A stretch of 64,000 nucleotides of DNA from Azolla caroliniana (lineage: Eukaryota > Plantae > Polypodiophyta), in the NCBI GenBank assembly GCA_043228905.1, contig JBHGNT010000020.1, positions 3,410,001 to 3,474,000 of the forward strand, given 5' to 3'. Made by a program: the position numbers and the translations under genes. Numbering within the stretch: the first letter of the stretch is position 1; each line of letters opens with the position of its first letter. This document shows positions 39,288 to 52,047 of the stretch, piece by piece. The notes beneath the pieces are model-generated. The model saw only the letters and a list, made by a program, of their open reading frames with translations, ran no database searches and had not been told where the DNA came from.

Positions 39288-42200
39288 AGGCCACCAAAAT
39301 GATCGTTGTACTAAATCCAACGTTTTAGTACTACCAGAATGTCCAGATGTATATGTGTCATGACAATTTTGGACTACCCGAAGGTGACAAGAACCATTGG
39401 GAACATACAAGAGTTTCTTAAAGAATAATAATTCATCTTGACATTTGAATTTTCGATAGTCCTAACCTTGTTGTTGTGACTGTGAACAGGATGCCCGTGA
39501 GGGATCAATTTGCACTAGAATGGCTTGAGCGAAAGCGTCTGTCTTCAAGTCTTCATGTATGGTCTCAATAATGTGGGAATCCAATGGAATGTCAAAAAGC
39601 CAAGTTGCTTGTAGTCATGCTAGTCCTAGGATGACTTGCTTTTGATTATTGAATGTTGGATCACCGGGACGACGTGCTAGATATGAGCGCTGCAATAATG
39701 CATCTGTCTTCCCTTGCTGCTTACCAGAACGATATATAATTTTGAAGTCGAAACGAGTGAGGAATTGGGCCCACCAAGCTTGTCGTCGATTTAATACACG
39801 AGCTTTATGGAAATAGGCAAGGTTTTTGTGATCATTGAATACCGTGACTTGATGAGAAGATCCCTCTAAAACATGCCTCCATTGTGCAAAAGAGTCCACT
39901 ATTGCCAATAACTCCTTGTCATGTATCTCGTAGTTTATTTCGGTGGCGGCAAACTTGTGCGAGTGGAAAGCCAAATGATATAGTTTTTCATCATCGCCTT
40001 GTTGTGACAGAATGCTACCAAGGGCGAAATCCGACGCATCTGCCTCCATGATGAACGGGTTTTTTCAGATCAACATGAGCTACAATTGGAGCTGATGTAA
40101 ATGTTTTATTAAGACTTACAAAGGCTGTGTCAGCTTCCTTAGACCAAACAAATGACTGCCCCTTCTTGGTAAGCTGCGTGAGAGGCAAAATAAGCTTTGA
40201 GTAGTCCTGTATAAACTTGCGGTAGAAATTTGCGAAGCCTAAAAAACATTGCACATCTTGCAATGAACGGGGAGGGAGTGTGCCACTCTACCACAGTTTT
40301 GACCTTAGCTGGATCCATAGAGATGCCTTCCAAGGAGATGACATAGCCTAGAAATTCCACTCGGTTGCACTCAAAACTACATTTTTCCAAATTTGCATAA
40401 AGACCATGTTCTCGAAGTCGTTTTAATACTAATAGTACATGAGAATCGTGTTCTTCTTGAGTCTTCAAATAAACTAGTCGATCATCCAAATAGATGATCA
40501 AACAGATATCCAAGAGATCTCGGAATATATCATTTGCCATGTGCTGGAAGACTATTGGCACATTGATGAGACCGAATGGCATAACCTTATACTCGAAGTG
40601 CCCGTATCGGGTGCGAAAAGTGATCTTCCATTCATCTCCCTATTGGATCTGTACGAGGTTATATGTGCCTCGTAAATCGATCTTTGTGAAGAAATTTGCA
40701 CCATAAGTGATCCATCCTTTTTCTTGACAAAGAAAATGGGTGCGTCGGCTGGAGATTTCGAATGTCGAATGAACCCATTTGCCAAATTCTCCTCTATGTA
40801 GGCTCGAATGACTTCTAGCTCAGTTGGTGACAAGTTGTAGATCGGTCCCCATGGTGGCTCTTTTCCTGGTTGTAAATCAATTGGACAATCATATAGTCGA
40901 TGGTGAGGAAGAGTATTGGCTTGTACCTTATCAAACACGTCGGCATACTGATGATACTTCTCTAGAAGTTGAACTATGGATTCCTCTTTAGTGGTACTGG
41001 AAGGTTTCACTGATACCGCGAATACAAACATTGATTCCTTCCGTCCTTCCTCATGCAGTTGATGTAGCGAAATGGTTGAAACCTTATGAGTAGATTCTCG
41101 AGGTTGTCAATACTGGATTTCTCTTGTTCTCCACTCTATGTCCAGATTGTGTAACTCGAACCATGGTAACCCCAAAACAATGGGATGTTTTGGACTACTA
41201 ATTATATTTAATGATACTACACATGCCAAATTATCTAGGACAACAGTAATTGGCTCTAACTCTCCTACGATATTTTCCGGAAGCAATGGGGCGACCATCA
41301 ATGACTATTACAGAGGCTGGGCAAGGGAGTTTTCTTAAGGATATCTGATGAGCTTGGGCAAAATTCTTATCCATGAAGCAAGAATTAGCTCCGGAATCTA
41401 GGAGTGCTAAGACATGTATTGGAGGATTACTTTTAGTACTAATTGTTACTTGAGCTAGGAAGACATTAGTAACTTGCTTAGAGGGAATGGAACCACTAAT
41501 GGGCTGCAAAGATCTAGGGTTGTCCAACCAAACGGCTCCTATTTTGGTTGGACTTAGTCGTTTAACTCTTCTTCTAGTTGACTAAGGACTTCAAATTTAT
41601 TTGATAGGCTTGGGCTATTAGAACTATCAGACACTCCTAATGAAATAGACTCGGGCTTAATACTATTAGTACTAGCGGCTATTTGATTTACCTATCTTCT
41701 TGGCCTATGGGGACAGTTTACTGCAATATGACCTGGTCCACCACAATAAAGACATAGTTGATTTGCTCGGCGTCGCTGCTTTTCCTCTTCTAATAACGGT
41801 TCACGACGACGTGTAGTGTCGATTTCCATCGGGGTTGGAGTATTCGTTGGAGCAACATTATATATCTCCCTTGCAAATGGTTTTGCTACGACTGAGGCAT
41901 ATATGGGCTCCAACCTTGTTCTTGGCATTTGTAATTGACGTTCTGAACATCTTTTGAAAAGTCTGTAATCGTAACGCACCGCTCGACCGATTGCCTTTGT
42001 GAGCGACTTTGGTTCTTTGGGAAAAGTCAGGAGTAAATAATCTTTGATATCATTTCGAAGGCCATATCAAAATTGTTCCATTGATGCTCATACCAGGGAA
42101 TATCAGTGGTGAGTAGACGGAAATCCCTTGACGCAATCTTCGGATTTTATTGATTGCCTTCCTAACGCTATCAATGTCGTGTCCAGTGGGAGAAAAAGTG

Positions 42201-43689
42201 TGGTTCCACGCACATTACACAAACACTTGTAATTAAATAAAAAAAAAACCTAGGGCCTAGTGGGATTGTGTGCATAGAGAGGGGTGGAAGCAAGATTTGA
42301 ACCTTGTACCTTTAAAGGAGAAGACAATTGATTTACCACTAGGACTACTATCATATGCTTCAAAATTTATGTATTTTCTTTTCATATTCAGTAATTCATA
42401 GGAAACAAATACATAAAAAACCGTGTGCACAAAACCATGGTTTTAGCCCATGGTTTCAGCCCATGGTTTTAGCACGTGGTTTTAGCCCATGGTTTTTGCA
42501 TGGAGAGACCTATAAAAGCCTCGAGTTGGGCTTGTGTAAGAGAGCCAAGCTATGTATTGAAGGAAGAAACTTCTAATAAAAGATCTAGTTATCTTATTAG
42601 TGATGTATCCTGTCTCTCAAAATTGAAGTTAAGGGTTCAATCTCTATCTATCTATCTCTCCATCCATCTATCTATCTTAAATACTTTCTCGCTTACGCTA
42701 GTACAAACTTTGAATCCTTCTGGTCCAGGACCCCAGTGGTCTCGCTTCATTTTGTGAACACACGAGGATTTCCTCGACATCGGTGTCCCCGAAACAAGCT
42801 TTAAACTTGCTAAAAAATTCCTCAAAATTATTTAACAATAGAGATCTTTGTTCTAATAAAGGTGTGAACCATGCCAAAGCTGGACCACTAAGCAACGTGC
42901 CTACTAATCCCACTCATGATGCATCGGTGGGATATCGGGAAGGATGCATTTCAACCACGAGACGTACCTGATTAAGGAAACCTCTTAATTGTGGTCTCGT
43001 TTCGTCGAATTTTGTAGGAAGACCGATCTTGGGTTCTTTATGAATTCCTTGAGTACTTGGTCCTTGTTGTTGCAAGGGCACAATGGTTGCTTCAAGTTGT
43101 TGTACACGTAACGCGAACTCTCCATGTTGTTGTTGCGTTTGCTACTTCTCTAGAGAGATTTGTTGAAGATCCCCCAACAACTGTTGATTTTCATGTTCTA
43201 GTGCTACAAACTTTTCTTTCAACCACCGCAGCTCCGAGAGGACAGATTGGTATTCTTGAGCGCTAACAATTGCCATAGTATTGGAGGAAGGAAGGATAAT
43301 AAGATTTGTATGAAGGGAATGAGGGATACGAAGATGAGAACGAAACAATTCGGTTCAAACTGTCAGGAATAGTACTAAGATAGAGAGGGAATTAGTACTA
43401 GCGATGAGGATTAGTACTAAGAGGAAAAGAGGGTGTATAATTCTCAAGAGAAGGAGAGAGAGAGAATGATGGTAACAAACGATATATTATATTATATGAA
43501 GAGAATATACAAGAATAGTTAGAAGGGTTAAGTCTGGCATTGAACCGAATTGGTTCTCAATATGCCATTTGCCTCTTTTTATAGTATGCTTAGGAGTACT
43601 CTTGACATTTCTAGAATGTTCCAAAGAAATCTAGAATATACATGGATTTCCTAAGTGAAATAATATTCTTTGTATTACAATATAGAACA
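39288..43689 (-). mobile_element. Chromovirus copy C (Tcn1/sushi-like), decayed and 3'-truncated within integrase
   Basis: 5' LTR 43361-43689. Fragmented gag, PR, RT and RH ORFs homologous to copies A and B. Confidence 0.9.
42175..42779 (+). mobile_element. Solo LTR (605 bp) inserted in the gag of copy C
   Basis: TGTCG...CGACA termini, degenerate 4-bp TSD TCAA/TCGG, and gag GDTDSV is restored on removal. TATA at about 42510, AATAAA, and 13-bp TTTTAGCCCATGG repeats. Confidence 0.82.
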
Positions 43690-43762
43690 ATTTTCCGGAC
43701 CGATGGCTGATAGAAATGACCTACTTCTTGACGACAGGATTGCCACCACCGCAGCTATGCAC
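43690..43762 (+). pseudogene. Tiny fragment of non-chromovirus Gypsy pol; target site of copy A
   Basis: WLIEMTYFLTTGLPPPQL resembles WLTEMHQFLSTGVPPENM at about 380-430 and continues as (C)TD after 50192. Confidence 0.6.
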
Positions 43763-43865
43763 TGTAAGGAACAATACTAAGACAAGGAAGGACTTAGTAC
43801 TAAAAGAAGCATTAGTACTAAGAGAGGTGAAGAACTCTCGAGAGAAGGAAAGAGTGAGTGAGAGG

Positions 43866-43901
<36 letters not shown>

Positions 43902-45890
43902 TGATAAGAAAAGATATATATATTATGTGAAGAAAATGTAAAGTAACTAGGAGGCTTAAGACTGGCGTTGAACCGATTTGGTTCTAAATAATGCCTTGTG
44001 CCTCCTTTTATAGTGTTCTAAGGAATACTCCTGAAGTTTCTAGAATGTTCTAGAGAAATCTAGAATATACATCAATTTTCTATAATAAAACATAAATGAA
44101 AATAATAATTTACGTATTACAATGTATAATCTAATGGTCAAGAGCTCGACCCATGTAGCATAAGGTCATGGGTTCAAGTCTTGCCATATCATGACACTAT
44201 CCCCCTTTTAAAACGACGAGTGTAACGAGTTGTTTTGGATTGAGGACCCGGTTTGTCTGGATATTGACGATGGAAGTCTTCAAGAAGAGCACGAGCATTG
44301 GTGACATTCTCTATCGGTTCCCAAGTACACTCGCTGGGACTATATCCTAGCCAATCGACTAGATAGTAGAGCTTGTTGCGAACAAACTTGGAATCAAGGA
44401 TGGTGGCAACCTCGTACTCAGGTCCATCTTCAAGCTCGATCGGGGGTGGAGGCTATGTAATACGGCCTGGGATGGTGCTCTCTTGATAGGGTTCGAGGAG
44501 AGAACTATGAAACACCGGATGTATCCGAAGTTGTGGAGGTAGATCAAGACGAAAAGCGACATCATTAATCTTTCCTATAATACGGAAAGGACCTAATCGC
44601 CGATAATCCAACTTCTCGCATGGGCGAGTAGTCTTGATGTGTCGTCGGAGTAGCCATACCCGATCTCCAATGTTAAAACTAGATGGGAGTCGATGACGAT
44701 CCGCATAAACCTTGTGTGTTTGTTGAGCTTGTTGGTGATGAGTAGACAAATCCGCTTGTATCTTGCGTAACCTCTCGAAACGATCCTCTGCGCAGGAATT
44801 TGTGGACACCTCTGGGGTTTCAAGTACACACCACCGGGGGTGACATCCCGTATAAGCATAAAATGGCGTAACTTTCGTGGATGCGTGGATAGAGTTGTTA
44901 TAGTAAAATTCGGCAGTGGAGAATATCTGCCCAGTCATCCTGATGATAGCTAAGAAAGCACCGCAGATACTGCTCTAGCGTTTGATTGGTTCATTCGGCT
45001 TGGCCGTCGGTTTGTGGGTGGTAGCCGGAGGAGAGGTTACAAGTGACCTTGAGCATGTTAAAAAGGTGCTTCCAGAATTTTGACACGAACTGGGGTCCAC
45101 GGTCGTTGATGATACTATTGGGAAGTCCATGATGCCGACATACTTCACGCATGACAATTTCGGCAGTGTCTTCACTGGAGATCTCCTTAGTACATGGCAA
45201 GAAATGAGCCATCTTCGTATATCGATCGACCACCGTTAGAATCGCATTGAAACCCTTAGAGACTGGAAGATCTGTGATGAAGTCTAGAGCAATGGACTGC
45301 CACAACTTGCTTGGAATTGGTAATGGTTCTAATAAACCATATGGATGATGCCTTGGCATTTTCGCTCTGCAGCATGTATCACAAGTCCGAACAAAATCCT
45401 CGACAAATTGTTGCATATAGGGCCACCAGAATGATCGTTGTACTAAATGTAGTGTTTTAGTACTACCAAAATGCCCAACTGTATATGTGTCATGACAATT
45501 TTGTACTACTTGAAGGCGACAAGAATCATTAGGAACATACAAAAATTCTTTAAAGAAGAGTAATCCATCATGGTATTTGAATTGCCGATAGTCCGTACCT
45601 GGTGGTTGCGACTGTGAACACGACGCTCGAGAGGGATCAATTTGTGCTAGTATAGCTTGGGCGAACGCATCTGTCTTCAAGTCTTCACGTATGGTATCGA
45701 TAACGCGGGAATCCATGGGCATGTCAAAGATCATTGTTGCTTGTAGTCGTGCCAGTCCCAAGATGACGTGTTTTTGGTTATCGAAAGCTGGCTCGCCGGG
45801 ACGGGGTGCTAGATACGAACGCCATGATAATGCATCTGCCTTCCCTTGGTGCTTCCCCGGACGATATGTAATTTTGAAGTCGAAACGCGT

Positions 45891-46644
45891 TGTCGTGAAG
45901 AATTTCGGCTAGAGGCGGAAACCGGGAAACATTGACTACGTCGGCGGGGTGCAGCGTGTGTACGCACCCATGTACATTTAGTGTGAATATTGAGGGCGCC
46001 TTTATGGCGCCGAAGAGTAGTCAAGTCGGGACAGATGATCCCATGTAAGTCGGGATTTATCCCACATTGTAACACATCCCTCTCCTTGTTCTATAAAAGG
46101 AAGGGAATGCCCTTTGTGAAAGGGTTGCCCATTTTGCATTAGAGGGTATACCGTTAGGTTTAGAGTTAGGTTCTTCTTCTTCTTCCCCTTCATGTTCGCT
46201 TAGGGTTTGCTTCAGCTCCTCTCCTGCGCAAGACCCCGCTCGGCGCGACGAGCCTGTGAGCTCCCCGACGGCGGCTTGGCAGCTGACGACTACTGTAACC
46301 TACCTTGGAACGGCTCGAAGCCGGGAATGTATTCTGCTTTATATACATATATACGTTTGCGTCTGTCTGTGTATATTCGCGTCTTCGTTGTTGTCGGGTG
46401 CTTCCCCTTTCCTGCGTTTTCTGTACATAAGGGCGTGAGTCGGGTTGGGCTGTGCGTGCGTGCGTGCGTGCGTGTGTGTGTGCGTGAGTCGGTGTTAAGC
46501 ACTCTCTCTCTCTCCCTTCGGTTGCTTCTGGCGTGTTTCTGGGATGCCCCAGAAGTGAAGCGCGACCTCCTACGCTCCATCACTCCCTAGTCCAAGACCC
46601 CCGTGGTCCTGCCTTTCTCCACGCACGCACGTAACAACGCGACA
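45891..46644 (+). mobile_element. Solo LTR (754 bp) inserted in the RNase H region of copy A
   Basis: TGTCG...CGACA termini and perfect 4-bp TSD GCGT. The uninterrupted target is visible in copy B (CTTCCTCACGCGTTTCGAC). Confidence 0.93.
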
Positions 46645-47110
46645 GCGTGAGGAAGTGGGCCCACCGAGCTTGACGTCGATTCAACACACGAGCATCCTGA
46701 AAGTAGGCAAGGTTCTTGTGGTCACTAAATACGGTGACCGGATGAGAGGATCCCTCCAAAAAATGCCTCCATTGCATAAAAGAATCCACTATTGCCAATA
46801 GCTCCTTATCATGAATTTCGTAGTTGATTTCGGCGGCGTCAAACTTGCGTGAGTGAAAAGCCACAGGATGTAGCTTCTCATCATTCCCCTGTTGTGACAG
46901 AATGCTCCCCAATGCAAAATCCGATGCGTCAGTTTCGATAATGAATGGTTTTTCCGGATCGACATGAGCTAGAATTGGAGCCAAGGTAAATGCCTTTTTA
47001 AGACTCTCGAAAGCCACATCCATTTCTTCAGACCAGATGAACGGTTTTCCCTTCCTGGCAAGTTGTGTGAGAGGTAGAACGATCTTTGAGTAATCTTGTA
47101 TGAACTTCCG

Positions 47111-48502
47111 TTAAAAATTGGCAAAGTCTAGGAAGCATTGCACATCCCGCACCGAATGCGGAGTCTGCCATTCTACCACCGTTTTGATCTTAGCTGGGTC
47201 CATGGAGATGCCTTCTGACGAAATGATGTAGCTGAGAAATTCCACTTGGTTGCACCCGAAACTACATTTTTCCAGCTTTGCATACAGACCATGTTCTCGA
47301 AGTCGTTTTAGTACTAATAGTACATGAGAATCATGTTCTTCTTGGGTCTTTGAATAAACCAGTAGATCATCCAAATAGATGATCAAACAATCATCCAAAA
47401 GATCTCGGAATATATCATTAGCCATGTGCTGGAAGACTGCCGGTGCATTAGTGAGGCCGAACGGCATGACCGTATACTCGAAGTGCCCATATCTGGTGCG
47501 AAACGCGGTCTTCCATTCGTCTCCTAGTCGGATCCGTACGAGGTTATATGCTCCCCGTAAGTCAATCTTCGTGAAGAACCTGGCACCATTGATCCGTTCT
47601 AAAAGACTTGAGATAAGGGGAAGAGCATACCTATTCCTGATTGTAACCTTATTCAGGCCACGGTAATCTACAATGAGACGAAGCGATCCATCCTTTTTCT
47701 TGACGAAGAAAATGGGCGCGCCCGCTGGAGATTTCGAATGCCGGATGAAACCATTTTCCAAATTCTCCTCTATATAGGGCTGAAGGACTTCTAGCTCGGT
47801 TGGTGACAAATTGTAGATCGGTCCCCATGGCGGCTCTTTTCCCAGTTGTAAATCGATGGGGCAATCGTACGGTCGATGATGAGGAAGTGTGTTGGCTTGT
47901 ACTTTATCGAACACATCAGCGTAATGACGATACTTCTCGGGAAGTTGAACGGTGGATTCTTCTTTAGTGGTGCTGGAGGGGTTTACTGATATTGCAAAGA
48001 GGAACATTTCCTCCTTGTGCCCTTCTTTACGCAACTGTCGTAGCGAAATGGTTGCCATCTTCTGAGTTGACCCTTGGGTTTGTCGACACCGGATTTCTCT
48101 TGTTCTCCAATCTATGTTTGGGTTATGTAACTCGAACCACGGTAATCCTAAAACTATGGGATGTTCTGGGATACTAATAATATTAAATGATACTACACAT
48201 GCTAAGTTATCTAGGGCAATATTAATGGGCTCTAACTCTTCTATGATATTTCCGGAAGCAATGGGACTTCCATCAATGACTACTATAGAGGCTAGACACT
48301 GGAGTTTTCTTAGGGATATCTTATGAGCTTGAGCAAATTTCTTATCCATAAAGCAAGAGTTAGCTCCGGAATCTAGGAGTGCTAGGACATGTACTGGAGG
48401 GGTACTTTTAGTACTAACTATTACTTGGGCTACGAACACATCACTAACTTGCTTAGAGGGAATGGAACCACTAATGGGCTGCACAGATCTAGGGCTGTCC
48501 AA
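47111..48502 (-). pseudogene. pol: Copy A protease and reverse transcriptase
   Basis: LLDSGAN, VDYRGLN, IDLRGAY, YLDD motifs; ends in a premature stop. Confidence 0.9.
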
Positions 48503-50275
48503 CCAAACGGCTCCTATTTTGGCTGGACTTAGTCGTTTAACTCTTCTTCTAACTGACTAAGGACATCAAATCTAGCGATCTGTTCGCTAGATCTGGGCTA
48601 TTAGTACTATTAGGACTATCAGATATCCCTACTGAAATAGGTTCGGGTTTAGTACAATTAGAACTAACGACTATTTGGTTTACCTGTCTTCTTGGCCTAT
48701 GGGGGCAATTTATTGCAATATGTCCTGGTCCACCGCAGTAAAGAAATAGTCGATTTGTACGGCGTCGCTGCTTTTCTTCTTCGGATAATGGCCCTCGACG
48801 ACGTGTAGTGTCAATCTCCATCGGAGTCGGAGTATTCACTGGAGGCACATTATATGACTCCCTTGGAAAAGGTCTTGCTACCACTGAGGCGTAGGTGGGC
48901 TCTGATCTTGCTCTCGGCATCTGTAGCTATCGTTCCGAACGTCGCTCAAAGAGGCGGTTGTCACATCTCACCGCGCGACTGATTGCTTCTGTTAAGGACT
49001 TTGGCTCTTCAAGGAAGGTCAAGAGTAAATCCTTGACATCGTTGCGTAAACCATAACGGAATTGCTCCATCAACGCTTGATCATCCCAAGGGATATCGGC
49101 GGCGAGTAGGCGAAAATCTGCAGCGTATGCGGAGGCTGGACGGTCACCTTGTCGTAATCGCCGAATTTTGTTGATTGCGGTCCTGATGCTGTCAGTATCT
49201 CCGAAACATGCTTTAAACTCACCTAGAAACTCTTCAAAATTGTTGAGTAACAGAGATTCCTTTTCTAATAGTGGAGCGAACCATGCCAACACTGAGCCAC
49301 TTAACAAAGTGCCTACTAAACCCACTCGTGATGCATCAGTGGGATACCGGGAAGGATGCATTTGAGTAACTAATCGTACCTGGTTAAGGAACCCTCTAAA
49401 CTGCGATCGCATTCCATCGAACTTCGTGGGAAGGCCAATCTTGGGTTCTTTATGAATCCCTTGTGTACCGGGCCCTTGTTGTTGCATCGCTACGATGGTT
49501 GCTTCGAGTTGTTGCACGCGTAACGCAAGTTCCCCATGTTGTTGTTGCGTTTGCTGCTTTTCTAAGGAGATTTACTGAAGATCCCCGAGCAACCGTTGGT
49601 TTTCTTGTTCCAAAGCATGGAACTTCTCTTTCAAGCATTGAAATTCCGAGAAAACAGATTGATATTCTTCAGCGCTAACAGTGGCCATGGGATGAAAGAA
49701 AGGAGGAATAAGAGATTAGTAGGAAATGAGAGAGACAGAAGGTAGGGAAAATCGGTTCAAACTGTCAGGAACAGTACTAAGAGAGGGAAGGACTTAGTAC
49801 TAAAAGAAGCATTAGTACTAAGAGAGGTGAAGAACTCTCGAGAGAAGGAAAGAGTGAGTGAGAGGGAGGGAGAGAGAGGTCGAGAGAGAGAGAGAGTGAT
49901 GATAAGGAAAGATATATATTATGTGAAGAAAATGTAAAGTAACTAGGAGGCTTAAGACTGGCGTTGAACCGATTTGGTTCGAAATAATGCCTTGGGCCTC
50001 CTTTTATAGTGTTCTAAGGAATACTCCTGAAGTTTCTAGAATGTTCCAGAGAAATCTGGAATATACATCAATTTTCTATAATAAAACGTAAATGAAAATA
50101 ATATTCTATGTATTACAATGTATAATCTAATGGTCAAAAGCTCGACCCATGTAGCATAAGTTCATGGGTTCGAGTCTTGCTATATCATGACATGCACGGA
50201 CTCCGGTTCCGGTTCCTTTATCCAACTCATTCGATCCGGCTCCTCCGGTTCTCATCTAGATCCCATCCGGAGGGA

Positions 50276-50384
50276 CCGAATTCCTAACAAAGGTGATCGT
50301 GGTGCAAGGTAGGAATTTGTGTATCGCGTGGAATGTAGTGACTTAGAGCGCCGAATTCCTAACAAAGGTGATCGTGGTGCAAGG
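50276..50384 (+). repeat. 75-bp tandem duplication; the second unit is split by copy B and resumes at 56061
   Basis: CCGAATTCCTAACAAAGGTGATCGTGGTGCAAGG occurs twice. TAGGAATTTGTGTAT... follows the first unit and follows 56060. Confidence 0.85.
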
Positions 50385-50679
50385 TGTCATGATATGGCAA
50401 GACTCGAACCCATGACCTTAGGTTATATGGGTCGAGCTCTTGACCATTAGACCATCTATTGTAATACGTAGGATATTATTTTCATTTACATTTTATTATA
50501 GGAAATTAGTGTATATTCCAGATTTCTCTGGAACATTCTAGAAGCTTCAGGATTACTCCTGAAAACACTATAAAAGAGGGCACTAGGCATTATGTTGAAC
50601 CAAATTGGTTCAACGCCAGTCTTAAGCCTTTTAGCCGCCGTTGTATATTCTCTTCATATAATAAATATCTTTCTTATCA

Positions 50680-50720
<41 letters not shown>

Positions 50721-50896
50721 GTCTCACTCACTTCTCCCTTCTCTCGAAGAAGTTCACACCTCTCGTAGTACTACTCCTTCGTTTAGTACTGATTCCTTCT
50801 CTGTCTCAGTACTGTCATGATAGTTTGAACCAATTTTCCCTACCTTCTGTCTCTCTCATTTCCTACTAATCTCTTATTCCTCTTTTCTTTCATCCC

Positions 50897-52047
50897 ATGG
50901 CCACTGTTAGCGCTGAAGAATATCAATCTGTTTTCTCGGAATTTCAATGCTTAAGGAGAAGTTCCATGCTTTGGAACAAGAAAACCAACGATTGCTGGGG
51001 GATCTTCGGCAAATCTCCTTAGAAAAGCAGCAAACGCAACAACAGCATGGGGAACTTGCGTTACGCGTGCAACAACTCGAAGCCACCATCGTAGCGATGC
51101 AACAACATGGGGCCGGAACACAAGGGATTCATAAAGAACCTAAGATTGGCCTTCCCACAAAGTTCGACGGAACGCGATCGCAGTTTAGAGGGTTCCTTAA
51201 CCAGGTACGATTAGTTATTCAAATGCATCCTTCCCGATATCCCACCGATGCATCACGAGTGGGTTTAGTAGGCACTTTGTTAAGTGGCTCAGCGTTGTCA
51301 TGGTTCGCTCCACTATTAGAAAAGGAATCTCCGTTACTCAACAATTTTGAAGAGTTTCTAGGTGAGTTTAAAGCATGTTTCGGAGATACTGACAGCATCA
51401 GGACCGCAATCAACAAAATCCGGCGATTACGCCAAGGTGACCGTCCAGCCTCCGCATACGCTGCAGATTTTCGCCTACTCGCCGCCGATATCCCTTGGGA
51501 TGATCAAGCGTTGATGGAGCAATTCCGTTATGATTTATGCAACGACGTCAAGGATTTACTCTTGACCTTCCCCGAAGAGCCAAAGTCCCTAACAGAAGCA
51601 ATCAGTCGCGCGGTGAGATGTGACAACCGCCTCTTTGAGCGACGTTCGGAACGACAGCTACAGATGCCAAGGGCAAGATCAGAGCCCACCTACGCCTCAG
51701 TGGTAGCAAGACCTTTTCCGAGGGAGTCATATAATGTGCCTCCAGCGAATACTCCGACTCCGATGGAGATTGACACTACACATCGTCGAGGGCCATTATT
51801 CGAAGAAGAAAAGCAGCGACGCCGTACAAATCGACTATGTCTTTACTGCGGTGGACCAGGACATATCGCAATAAATTGCCCCCATAGGCCAAGAAGACAG
51901 GTAAACCAAATAGTCGCTAGTTCTAATTGTACTAAATCCGAGCCTATTTCAGTAGGGATATCTGATAGTCCTAATAGTACTAATATCCCAGATCTAGCAA
52001 ACAAATTTGATGTCCTTAGTCAGTTAGAAGAAGAGTTAAACGACTAA
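50897..52047 (+). pseudogene. gag: Copy B gag (PEG10/RTL1-like capsid and CCHC knuckle) with a 1-bp deletion near the start
   Basis: ORF 50947-52047 has LPTKFDG and [15 protein letters not shown]. The ATG at 50897 is out of frame relative to copies A and C. Confidence 0.9.

Larger units (their letters stand above)
43763..50192 (-). mobile_element. Chromovirus copy A, full length and decayed
   Basis: LTRs 49763-50192 and 43763-44196, TSD TGCAC, PPT AAAAGGGGGATAG. gag from ATG 49688, PR-RT 47111-48502, RH, INT 44991-45761, chromodomain about 44270-44420. Confidence 0.96.

Noticed and set aside
43681-43689. The copy C LTR apparently ends (…GAACA) without the tRNA-like module
   Set aside because: A natural shorter LTR cannot be told from a truncation, because the 3' LTR and TSD of C are lost.
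50390-50460. Functional tRNA gene
   Set aside because: No acceptor or anticodon stems can be formed. It is kept only as a tRNA-like promoter module.
50947-52047. Similarity to PEG10/RTL1 domesticated genes
   Set aside because: It lies between LTRs with a TSD and has lesions, so it is an ordinary sushi-like gag.
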